A stretch of 63,717 bases of DNA, the filler included, from Licmophora abbreviata (taxonomy: Eukaryota), in NCBI GenBank assembly GCA_900291995.1. It is 17 parts of 17 records of this genome, joined end to end, with 100 filler letters (N's around TTAATTAATTAA, not from the genome) between each part and the next. Parts side by side here need not be neighbours in the genome. Positions count along the whole stretch, not along the records: positions 24,921 to 28,120 come from OLMU01000270.1; positions 28,221 to 29,422 come from OLMU01000271.1; positions 29,523 to 34,948 come from OLMU01000272.1; positions 35,049 to 36,596 come from OLMU01000273.1; positions 36,697 to 37,799 come from OLMU01000274.1; positions 37,900 to 40,578 come from OLMU01000275.1; 11 more parts are not named here. One strand, given 5' to 3'. The notes below the pieces were generated by a model, which was not told the origin of the DNA, searched no databases, and was given only the letters and a program-made list of their open reading frames with translations. A program made the position numbers and the translations under genes. The first letter of the stretch is position 1. Each line of letters opens with the position of its first letter. Positions 26,732 to 38,269 of the stretch are shown one piece after another.

Positions 26732-27448
26732 TTAGGTAGCCTGTGCCTGTGCCTTTGCCTTCTCCATCTCCTTCCGCATTGCCTCGACGGCCTCTTCCTG
26801 CTGTTCCAGCAAGTGCTCCCTCTCCCCTTGAGTAGGAGCGAGCATGCAGCAACTGCAGAACCACAAGACAGTCGCGGTGATGGCCAGCTTCGCACCAATG
26901 TCCATGTCGCACTTAAAACCGGAGCCATTTTGCAAGGCTGGATTGTCGTCGCAGGCACGGCTGGGAAGCAGAAGCAGCGTGAGGCCCTGGAAAAGGCAGC
27001 AATTCGAAGCCAAACCTTGAATGCCAATCATGACAGGACGCCACGCCTGAGCAGGGGCTTTAGCCATAGCGATGAGGGGGCACATGGCGAACCCACCAAT
27101 AACGGAGACAATCACGGCCATGGCACGCGCCGTCTTCCATTTGGCGTCGAGGGAAACGGAGCCAGAATATCCGCCACATGTGTCGTCGGGTCCCTCCATG
27201 CCCTGCCAGATGCCAAGCGACTGATAAGGCGCGCCATTGCTATCCTTGATCAAGACGAAGTTGCAAGTATAGTTAGCGATCATGCTACAGGCAAACGCGA
27301 TGCCGAGAAAGAGAGTCGCCACGATGGACGAGCCCGCTGGTTTGCCCACGAACGATCTCGCTTTTGGGGCTTCCGTCTCTCCGGTGTCCACTGGCTGCTC
27401 CTCCTGCGCAGCAGGCTCGGGTGGATTTTCCTCGTCAGCCATGTTCAC
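26732..27448 (-). CDS. Four-TM claudin/PMP22-like membrane protein
   Basis: Four hydrophobic segments; first loop has GIW...C and is followed by KTARAMAVI. Confidence 0.6.
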   Translation of the reverse strand: MNMADEENPPEPAAQEEQPVDTGETEAPKARSFVGKPAGSSIVATLFLGIAFACSMIANYTCNFVLIKDSNGAPYQSLGIWQGMEGPDDTCGGYSGSVSLDAKWKTARAMAVIVSVIGGFAMCPLIAMAKAPAQAWRPVMIGIQGLASNCCLFQGLTLLLLPSRACDDNPALQNGSGFKCDMDIGAKLAITATVLWFCSCCMLAPTQGEREHLLEQQEEAVEAMRKEMEKAKAQAQAT

Positions 27449-28220
27449 AACTCAGCTATCAGTGTATCTATGATGAGACAGAAGAGCTGCAAGGGACGAA
27501 AGATAAGCCTCTTGACACCAGGCATGTGGAAAGACACGCAGCCCGTTGGATCGGTCGTTTAGTCTTATTCGATCGCCACAACGCTCAACCTGGATGCAAA
27601 GAACAAAAAACTGGCTTCGAAGGAAATCCCTTTGTCCACTTACCTTGGTTACAAATATGGATAGATGCGAATGCCTGTTCGACCGAAAGAATGATGTGTT
27701 GAAGAAGGTTGATGTCATCAATCACAGTTCGCATAGTATGGATCCAATTCAGGCGTGGTTGACATCTAAAAGACATTTGAATTTGAAAGCGTTGGTCTGT
27801 GTGCTGAAGTTGCGTTGCTGTTAAATAGCCTCCGAATAGAAGCGCCAGGGATTGCGGGTCAGGAACTGACAGTACCTGTACATAGCGCGCCGCAGTCTCA
27901 ACTACTCGAGTTTCGATCGAAGGGGAAGTCGCACACATCTACCGGTTCTAAAAATCTTTGTACGGAGTAGTTAGGAGATAGCGTACGTTTTATCATTCTA
28001 TTCCACTCTCGTCATCTCGCGTGCAAACTTGGGAATAGTCGCTGCATTGGGCGCTATGAAAGGTTCATGGTCGCTTGTTCACCACCAGAACGTGGGTGAG
28101 CCAACAGGAGATCCTACAGGNNNNNNNNNNNNNNNNNNNNNNNNNNNNNNNNNNNNNNNNNNNNTTAATTAATTAANNNNNNNNNNNNNNNNNNNNNNNN
28201 NNNNNNNNNNNNNNNNNNNN

Positions 28221-28672
28221 CGGTGTTGACGACAATTGGCAGGAAAGCGTGTGCTGAGTCAAGAACTCACCAACGACAACATCGGGATAAGGTCCATCGC
28301 AGTGAGCTGCCGTCAAAACAATATCGGGAGCGATAAGAGATCCGCCGCAACCTCCATCCCAGTCGACTGTGGTACAACAGATTGGACGTGTCACGTTAGA
28401 ACGTATCGCGTCCGTGTTGCAAACGAAAGAAACAAATACCAAACAGTGTCAGCCGGTGCACTTAACTTACCAAAGTACGTGTATTCACCCTGACTAGCGG
28501 TACTCCCACCAACAATTCGGTTCTGCGCGTCACCGTCCTCGGGGTCGGACATGACCATTTTTACGTTGGCAATGTCCCCATCACCGTACAGATCACGTCC
28601 GACAAGACGTGCTTGCGCAACGCTTTTCGACGTCAAGAGGAGTGATACCAGAGCGAGCTTCGTGACGATCAT
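28221..28672 (-). CDS. Secreted trypsin-like S1 serine protease, 5' part only (truncated by gap)
   Basis: Signal peptide, activation site R-IVGG, CGGSLIAPDIVLTAAHC. Confidence 0.9.
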
Positions 28673-28959
28673 ACTTGAGGCTGTAGAGGTTCTGATTGAC
28701 TTGGACCAAATTGTGAGAGCATAGTGATTGACCTCCCGGGATCGTGGTTTGAAACTCCGAGTCTTGCGAAATATTTAGTCATGGGTGGGTAAAAAGAGGA
28801 ATCAGGAGCTCTGATTGAGCAAAGTGCCAGGTACGGTCAATAAGCCTTCCACGTGGCAATGTTTGGACACCGCGCGGGCTCTCATGGCAGGATCGCTCTC
28901 ATGACGGCACCTGACGGCACGTCCATTGTGCTGCTCTTCGCCATCTCCTGAATACGACC

Positions 28960-29677
28960 ATGCACACTGTTTGGGTTAGATTAAATGCGGTAGTCTTTTT
29001 TGGCTTGACAGTCCTTTTGGGGCTCTCTTGCCTGGCGGCGCTCTCCAAAGTCGGACATGCCTCGAGGCATCAGCCAGGTGAGATAATTGTGTAGAGCTCA
29101 TACTAATTCTACGTGAGAATACGCAAGTGTCGCCCAGCATGGAGGGTATCAGTGTGTCTTTGCCGCAAATGAAGTCTTATCTTAAGCTCATGGAATTCTG
29201 GATGTGTCTCTCTATTGCACGCTCGCAGTCGTCCGGACATTGGAACTGAACAAGCTGAGATCGCTTAAATCGCACGGAGGCGTTGACCGAGCACTGTTGT
29301 CGTTCGACATTGATGTCGACCTTGAGCCCGCGTTTCATTGGAACATAAAGCAACTTTTCGTATACGTTGTAGCATCGTACAAGAGCGATACAAATCCAAA
29401 GAACCAGATTGTTCTGTGGGATNNNNNNNNNNNNNNNNNNNNNNNNNNNNNNNNNNNNNNNNNNNNTTAATTAATTAANNNNNNNNNNNNNNNNNNNNNN
29501 NNNNNNNNNNNNNNNNNNNNNNAGTACGCGCTTGTGGATCAGGCGGACGAGCTGCGTGGAAAGGAGATTGAACTGCAGCTCATGTGGGATCATATGCCAA
29601 TTACGGGTCTCTTGTATATGGGGGAGCAAGACCATGCGACCACGTCGACGTTTGAGCTCCCAGCCGAGTATAAGTAG
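28960..29677 (+). CDS. SPCS3: Signal peptidase complex subunit SPC22/23 (intron ~29078-29228; spans gap)
   Basis: MHTVWVRLNAV, FHWNIKQLFVYVVASY, NQIVLWD, WDHMPITG. Confidence 0.93.
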
Positions 29678-30151
29678 AAGATGATTTGATTTTTCCTTGT
29701 CGTCATGCGCGTCAACGCGATCATGTTCGCTCGTTTCATTGACCTTCTAAGCATGCGGTGATGAAAGCTGTTCACTCCCCATTTTGACTCGAGAACCTTA
29801 TTTTGCAAACACTGTTTGACTTACGACGTAGCTAGGTATAGGTAACAATGAATGCCATCGATCGCGATCCCATTCAATTCTGGTGCACTCGAGATTCATT
29901 CCATTCGCGAGCTCTGCTCTCGCTATATCTTTGAAATTATGGCGCGCCCAAAAATGACCTCAAAGTGCAACAGAAAAAAGCGGCAATTGAAACGTTTAAG
30001 TCATTTGACTTCGGTGACTGGGTCATCACTCATCAAGACCCTGGTGTTCACGTCGTGACTTCGCCTGCTCTACCTGGGAAGACGTGACTCGCCTGGAAAT
30101 CATTGTCCGAGAGCGCGCTTGATCGGTAGTCGAACGTTTGGAATAGAGGCG

Positions 30152-33100
30152 ATGCAGGACGCCGATTTTCTGAGCGAGGCAGATCCAGCAACAATTGCCG
30201 TAATTGTATTGTTTGGATGCATCACGTTTGCTACGGTCGCAATGGCCGCGAGGACGTGGCTGTTGGGGGACAATCGAGGTAAGATGCCTGTGTAGGGAGT
30301 AGTCTGTTGAAAAGGCACCACCGCTCGACTCGATATACCAAGCTCACTTTTCCCCGCGCTTTTGTCTACGCCGGACAGCACTGCTGACTGCCATGACTAT
30401 CTCGGAGCGGACAAAGATAGTTCCACCGCTGGAAAAGAACTTTGTCTCTGTCTTTGTCTTTCTATACCATGCCACTCTGCTTGGAATGGTTCTATTTTCT
30501 GCCTACATACTGGAACATCATCCTCCTTTCCCACATGCTGAACGAGCAGCGTTCGATGCCGACTACCTCGTGTTCCTGCTACTGCTGGTGATAGGATACT
30601 CCTTCTTTACGACCCAGCGAAACGACGGGTCGCCAAAGAAAGAAATTTTCAGTAAACCGTTGGATCGAGGAAGCGATATGGTGTCAGTCAGGAGTACAGG
30701 GTCCGCCAGAAGTGCAGGTAGTGGACTGAGAACTGTGAAATCCAACGGTAATCGGTCTGGTCGCAGCGACAATCTGTCCAGGCGGAGTAACAAAAGCGAC
30801 TCCTCTCGAAGAAGCAACCGAAGTGAGAACTCTTCGCATGCATCGTCTGTGGAGGAAATTGACTGGCAGCAGGATCAAAAGTCGGTGGGTTCCGATACCG
30901 GCTTGTCGCATTCCTCCATGCTGAGCACGACCTATGAAGACGCTTCGGAAGGCGCCGAAGATGATGCCTCCACGTTTCTGAGTAGCATAGTCAGCGAATC
31001 CATCAAAACAACGTCGACAGGGACGAGCCGTCAGTCACGAGCAAGTCAACAGTCGACAGACTCGCAGAATCGAAAGCTCGAGGAAGTTCGACTTGATGAT
31101 GAGACATACACGCTGACGACGAAACACTCTTCCAAGCACCCGAAAAGACCACGCCATGAACAACTGTCAACAGCGACAGGAGACTCGGCCTTGCTCAATG
31201 TGGAACAGACCCTCGAATGGAAAGGGGTTCTTTCGATGGGATTTCTGGTGTACAAACTTACCGGCGCCGATCTCTATCCAAACGAAAGGAATCTATTCTA
31301 CAATGCTGCTCAAGTAGGGTCTTTCTGCTTTGTTTTCTTGACAGGATTTGGACACACCATGTATTTTTACAGTCGAAATGACTACCGATTCACTCGCGTA
31401 CTACAGGTCTTCTTTCGTATAAACATGACAGCTGTTTGGCTATGTTTGACGCTGGGGAACCGATACATCTTCTACTATGCATGTCCCCTACATAGCATGG
31501 CGTTTCTTTTGACGTATGGGACCATGCGGATGTCGCGTGCCCTAAACTACTCCAAGTTTGGGCTACGCATGAAGCTGTGTGGACTAGCGGCTCTCACGCT
31601 CACGATCTGGGATCTGAACTTTGGCTTGTTCAAAGTCCTTTTTCTCCCGCTCTTTACGAGCACGCCATCTGTCAGAGGCGCACCCAACGGACCACTGTAC
31701 GAGTGGTACTATCAAACTCACGTGCACCATTGGGCACCTTTCGTGGGTATGGTATACGCGGTCAACTATCCAATTAGCAATCTTGTACTCGCAAAGATGG
31801 AGCGAAACGGGGATGTTCAGAATGTTATCTTGACGAAGGGAGTTGTATGCGCTGGCCTGGTCGTTGCGCTGGCTCTATGGATATCGGGTCCGTTTACCAC
31901 GACAAAATTCACTTTCGATTCGACGCATCCCTATTTTGGCTTCCTTCCGCTGCTAAGCTACATTTACTTTCGCAACCTAACACAGTCCATTCGAGATCAC
32001 CACATGGCCCTGATGAGAGCCGTCGGCAGCCGTTCGATGGAACTCTTCTTGCTGCATCATCACTTCTTTCTGTGCGATGGGGGGACCGCGATGCTCGTCC
32101 TTCTGCCAGGCTATCCCAAGTGCAACGTCATCCTGACGGGTGCACTTCTTCTCTTTGTAGCTGACCTGGTTCGCAAGTTTACCCGAGTGATACTGGCAAT
32201 GGCTCTTCCATTAGAGGACGAAAGCAAAAGTGTGAAGTGCCTCATCGTTTCCGCGTCTTGCTCGGTTGCACTGTATGGTTCTGCTTTCCTTCTGCAGTCC
32301 ATGGGCATGGTTAGCATGGGCAGTGTTGCGATTGTCATTATTATCGGTGGCACTTTGCTTTACCAGACCATCATGGACACAACTTGGCAGGGGTACCGCG
32401 GTATGCCGATCGCAAGGATGTCGACAAAGATCGCACCATCGGAATCGGGAGTATCACCTATCGTCAAAATGAGCCCGCCTGTTATTGGGACCATGATTGT
32501 TGCTCTACTCGGCGTAGGATGGCGCATGCTTGCGATTTCTGGTGCCACGGACACGTCGTCTTTGCTGCCCGCCATGTGTGAGATGACGGCAAATACCGGC
32601 GTTTGGGTGCCCATCGACAACTGTGGTGAACATCAGCGAGGCCGTCTCACCCGAGAATTCGGCGCTGGCTACTACTACGCTGACTGTGATGTCTCTGGTG
32701 ATTGGCAGTGGGGATGGTTGAAAACAGATCTGACACAACGTTGTGGTTTTCGCACGAGGGACGCGGAATCGCTCCGTAATCGTTTAACAGGTCGAACGAT
32801 TGTATTCGTTGGAGATGTAGTGGTTCGAAGTCTATATGATGCTCTTCGTCGGGCTCTCGGTGAGCTCACGGCTGGCGAGTTCGACACATCGGCCTCTGAC
32901 CACGCTGACGTTTCGATAGTGCTAGGTGATACTCGCCTCGAGTACAAGTGGGCCCCCCTTGCGTTTGATCAGGTATCAAAACTGAAGACACTACGCGCAA
33001 CGGGAACTTCTTCCGGTACAAAACCTGATCTCATCGTTACTGGCGGTGGTATGCTGGACCGCTTGCACGTATGGGCTACGGACGAGGATCAGGAATCGCA

Positions 33101-33894
33101 CAAGAAAGCTGTGAGCAAGCTCGCAAGTGAACTTCAAGCTCTTCAAATTGCTATGATCCCAACCGTATGGAGTACCCCGACCACTATCAACACGCAGGCT
33201 CTCTCGAATGACGAGAAGAGGACCCAAATGAATGAATTCGCTATCGAAGAAATGCGCAAATTGTACGCCGCGATGAATATTGAGGACTCTGCCTCCTTCG
33301 TACTGCGGGGACCTGCGTATTCTAGTGGCCGTGTCGCTGAGAGTTACGATGGTGTTCTGTATCCGCTTTCTGTGTACGACGCGGGCATTCAGATTCTTGC
33401 AAACTCTCTCGATTGGCTGCTCGACAACGATGTGACGAGAAGCTCGGAGCCATTCGTCCCTCCTCCCGTTGGGGGCATTGGGAAATCCGTTTCTGGGGCT
33501 CATGATGATATGTTTCAGTGGGATTGGACTGCTTTTCTTTGACGGCTACTTTGGCTTCTCGTATCTCTCATCCTTGCTTGTAAGAAAAAACTTGCGGCGA
33601 AAGTCCGGGATGCGACAGAGCAGTGGCATAACGCTGCCGAATGATTTGTACGAAGAGGCTTTCTCTCCCTACCACGAGAAGCTCAAGTTACCATCTGTCG
33701 CCAACACAACTCCCGGAGGGCGGAGAAGATCATCGCAGAGACACCCCCAACCTATGGACCCCTCTGAGATTCTAAGTCTTTTGGAGAACGAGTCCCCAGT
33801 CAGCGACAGTAGCGCGAAAGTGAAACGCCGTGGGATGAGAAACGATCCAGACGAAAGAAGCGACTCGTCGTCTCTGCCCCGAAGCATGGGTTAG
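30152..33894 (+). CDS. CAS1/RWA-like O-acetyltransferase: N-terminal multi-TM domain, C-terminal degenerate SGNH-like domain, apparent +1 frameshift at 33471-33475
   Basis: EQTLEWKG, FLTGFGHTMYF, YIFYYACPLH and YIYFRN match Cas1_AcylT/RWA. IVFVGDV and DGVLY resemble the SGNH GDS and DxxH blocks. Confidence 0.8.
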
Positions 33895-34678
33895 GCCGTA
33901 CCGGTACATTCTTTTCATACTAACTCTGTTAGATTAAGTGGTGCTAATGCACTATCAGCTTCTGCGTCACCAAAACAATCAATACCGGTGTACAGCGTCA
34001 CAGCATGCCTCTTTTCCATTTTAAGCCGTATTTACGCTCGAAAGATGCTTGGCCATGCTGAAATGTGTGAGGCGCAACGGGAAGAAGCTAGGTCGTGTTA
34101 TGCGATGTTGGGATTGATAGCTTCGACTCATTCTGTTCTAGCGATCGGTTCAGATGGTTCGATAAACTATAAACTCTCCACCTGTATCTAGTATCGCAAT
34201 TTTGAAATGCCAGATTGATTCCCATTGGCATGTTTCGGAACGATTCGTGTCGTATTTCATACCAAAATCGATCAAAAGTGGCAAGAATACGTCTTTCGAA
34301 CAAAAGGAGATTTTGTTTTCACCATCATCCGCATCACAGAAAAAGTTCCATTTGGTATTGAACAAGCATCTTGTTGGCGTCACCATCAATCGACCGAGAC
34401 GAGAAAAGGCCTCGGGGGACCTGTACATCGGTGTTCAGTGCCAGCAAGCAACTGCTGAGCTGAACACGGCGTTATTACGAAGCGACTTGAAGCCGAGAGG
34501 TTTTCGAGTTTGTTAAGAGCGCCGTCTGAGTTGCAGTTTGGCTTTTTGTACTAGTACAATCGGGAGGAAGCGACTGACACCACCTTTCTTCGCTCAGTCG
34601 CATTGTTCAGATCCTTGGTTAAGCAGTCCCGTCTTTCTCGATAGCTTGAGCGAATCAGGGAGAATTCATACTCCGACA

Positions 34679-37600
34679 ATGATCACGAGAGATCTCGAAA
34701 TAACGAATTTGGAGGGTCACGATGACGAACGTGCGATTTGCTGCTGCTGTCACCCTGAGAGCTCCGGGCCCTTGGCGGAGCCCAGGTGCCCATTACATTC
34801 TTCTCCCTACTTATATTGTTCAGATCTATCGAACTACAACGTTGGTTTCTCCAATCGAAGACGTGAAACCCCAAAGATACGTCAAATAAAGCCGCCACCG
34901 CCCCGTCTCCGACCTTTGATTGCCGTGGCCCTATCTGTCGCCTTGCTGNNNNNNNNNNNNNNNNNNNNNNNNNNNNNNNNNNNNNNNNNNNNTTAATTAA
35001 TTAANNNNNNNNNNNNNNNNNNNNNNNNNNNNNNNNNNNNNNNNNNNNCAATCCTTGCCCTTTACATGGCACTGGATGGAAGGTTGACGAGATTGAAACC
35101 CGCATGTCCAAATGATTCTTGTCCCATTCATCGCTGGTGGCACCCAGCTGTGTTGAGGGGGAACGTTGTGCGAGGCATTAGCTCCTATTTGGATCTATAC
35201 CCCCCGAAAGGCGATGATGTCGTGGGTAGCGGGGATAAGTACCACTCTCGTCGGTTGGCGATCGGGGATACGTCTTCCTCCTCTGGTCTATCGTCACAAA
35301 GTGAAACAGGGGTAACGGGACCGACTCTTGTTGTCGCTGGGAAAATGTCAGTCGATAACGGGCCTTGCAATATTGCTCAATTGGACCTTGAATCTGGCAA
35401 GTGGAGTTTGACTGAAAGAATCCAGCTTAGTCTTTACAATTCGTATTCTGGAGGCGAGGTGTACTCACTCTTGCTGAATCATACTAGCTTGACAGCCGAA
35501 GGAGAAGAGGATTCGAAAAGGTGAGCTACGAAGGCTTCCCGGGGAGTGACGAAGTCGTTTCCACATCGTTCTTACGTGACCGACCTTCTTCATGTTCTCT
35601 CGTCCTTCACTGTAACAATAGCGACGCATCACATGGGTCAGGCGAGCTCATCGTCATTGGTGCATTCGACACAACGTATCGCAACAGCCAAGTTACATAC
35701 TGCTCGGTCGGGATGTGGGACGGCGAGCATTTGTCAAAGGTCGGAGAAGGTTTGTGCAATTCAGCTCTTTCAAAGGGAATGAAAATCACTACCGCAGCAC
35801 TGGCAGGTCCACAAGACGTGTATGTTGCGGGATCTTTTCACACGCGGGTCTGGAATGGCGATCGGCACGAATTTGTCAAAATATTCAACATCGCTCACTT
35901 CAATGCAGTCGATCAAGTCTGGTTACCGTTGAATATTGGCCAAATCACTTGCTCGTGGTGCACCGTCACTGTACTAGCTTTAGCTTGGGACTCGACCCGA
36001 CGCCAACTTCACGTGGCCGGAAAATTCAATGCGATTGATGGCAGTAATGTTCCTGCAGGGCTTGCGATATATGATTTACGCTCTGGCCACCTTGTAGCAC
36101 ATCCTGGAGGAGGTCTATCTATGCGGAATCGAACTCAAGATGGGGTGGGCACGGCTCTACAGCTTGATGAAGAGACAGGCGTTTTGTACGTGATGGGATC
36201 CTTTGATCGTCTAACAGCGACCAACGACATTTGCCAAGGAATGGCCGCCTATGAGATCAAGACGAATCGATGGACATGCCTCGCGGACAAGAAACATTCT
36301 GTCCTACCGACAGGAGGGGGCAATATGCTTCTCACGCCTTACGGTCTGATGGTAGCCGGTGAGACAACCGACACGACCACATGGCCAGACAAATCTCGGA
36401 AGTATACCATAGCTTTGCTGACGTCCACTTTGAAGAAAAAGCCGCATAGTAACAGCACTCGTAAATCGGACGAGGATGATGATGATAGCACTTCTTCAGA
36501 CGATGCGAGTGACAGAAGGGCTGCAGAGGCTGGTGACTTTGTTCGGGCATTCAACTGGACATGGCTTCCTGGTTTTGAAGGGCATAACGAGCCGCTNNNN
36601 NNNNNNNNNNNNNNNNNNNNNNNNNNNNNNNNNNNNNNNNTTAATTAATTAANNNNNNNNNNNNNNNNNNNNNNNNNNNNNNNNNNNNNNNNNNNNGCTG
36701 CACGGGCTGTCGAATGGTTTTGCGGAGTACGCAGGAAGCGTTTTCATCTGCGGCGACAATTTTGTCTCCATGTGGTCCTATCAACCCAAATGGGAAACGT
36801 CGGGAGCGAGGAAAGGTGGCTCTGGTGGTCGTTCTACTGCATCCTCCTCGTCCAACTCACACCCCCAGCTCGTTCCTGTGACGGAAAATCTTTCAGATGG
36901 TCACGTTATCGGTGCTGTGATGGCCATATCTCAGATGATGCCGGAGAGTCTGAGCGTCCCCAATACGGGGGAGTCGGAAATAACGCACTATACAATCATC
37001 GTTTATTGGGTAGCGCTTGGGACCGTCATTGGAATGGTTGTCGCGATTATGCTCAATCGGAGAGTCACAGCGGCAGTCGTTTCCGTTTTCTCGAGGGACC
37101 CTTACTCCAAGGGGATCCCGCTCGATACCTTAACTTACAGTGCTGTCGAAAATCCAAGCATCATGGAAGCGTACAACCGTGCAATGCTGACCCGTCATGT
37201 CCAGCAGCCTCACCTTTTGACCTTGATAGACCCACAAGAAATGTTCTTGCAGCGCATTATTGGAGAAGGGTCGTTTGGCCGTGTCTGGAGCGCGAAATGG
37301 GGGAGGTCATCTGTGGCTGTCAAAGAATTTGTCTTCGCGCAAGCGGCTGTAGCTGGCAGATCTTCGCAGCAGAAGGAAATCATCGAAGAAATTATTGGTG
37401 AGGCAGGCATGATGGCGATCTTACGACATCCGAACGTGCTCCAACTCTTTGGATGTTGCCTGACTGCCCAGGCAATCTGGATCGTTAGTGAACTATGCTC
37501 ACTGGGTAGCCTCAGGCAGCTTCTTGATGACAACGAGAAGAGCTTATCTACTTCATTGCGCATGAGCCTTGCACTCCAGGTCGCAGAAGGCATGACCTAT

Positions 37601-38187
37601 CTTCATAATCAAGACCCTCCCATTATTCATCGAGATTTGAAGAGCCACAATATCTTCGTGCACGAGACGTTCACGGAGGTCCCAGAAGGTGCTGATAAGC
37701 CATCCAAAATGGACGAGTCCAACGAGACGAAAGACGGTAGCTTGGAGAAGAGCTCTCGTCGGTCAACAGTCGTCGCGAAAATCGGCGACTGGGGTTCGGN
37801 NNNNNNNNNNNNNNNNNNNNNNNNNNNNNNNNNNNNNNNNNNNTTAATTAATTAANNNNNNNNNNNNNNNNNNNNNNNNNNNNNNNNNNNNNNNNNNNNT
37901 TTAGCGATGTCTACAGCTACGGGATTGCGTTATGGGAACTTGCAACGCGAGAGGAAGTTTATCAAGGGCTCGAAACCACTCAGATAATCGCGAAGGTGGC
38001 AAATGAAGGCCTGCGCCCGCCTGTTCCAATGGACTGCCCTTGGAAAGAAGTGATGGTCCGATGCTGGGAAGAGCGCCCTGTCGATCGACTGGAATTCGGC
38101 GAAATCGTTCAGGAGTTAGACGACATTATGGAAAAGCTCCCAGACGACGGGACAAGTCAAAGGCCAGCGCACGAAATAGGCGGATAG
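34679..38187 (+). CDS. Receptor-like TKL protein kinase with extracellular beta-propeller region (spans three gaps)
   Basis: Repeats VYVAGSF / LHVAGKF / LYVMGSF; TM IIVYWVALGTVIGMVVAIML; kinase motifs IGEGSFG, VAVK, HRDLKSHN, DWG, DVYSYG. Joining across the gaps is inferred. Confidence 0.8.
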
Positions 38188-38269
38188 TCTGCATGGTATT
38201 TGCTGTAAGCTAGCTAGCAGTTTATTGATCCTCTCTCGCGCCCTAGTAAAGCTCAACCCGAGAGACTTT

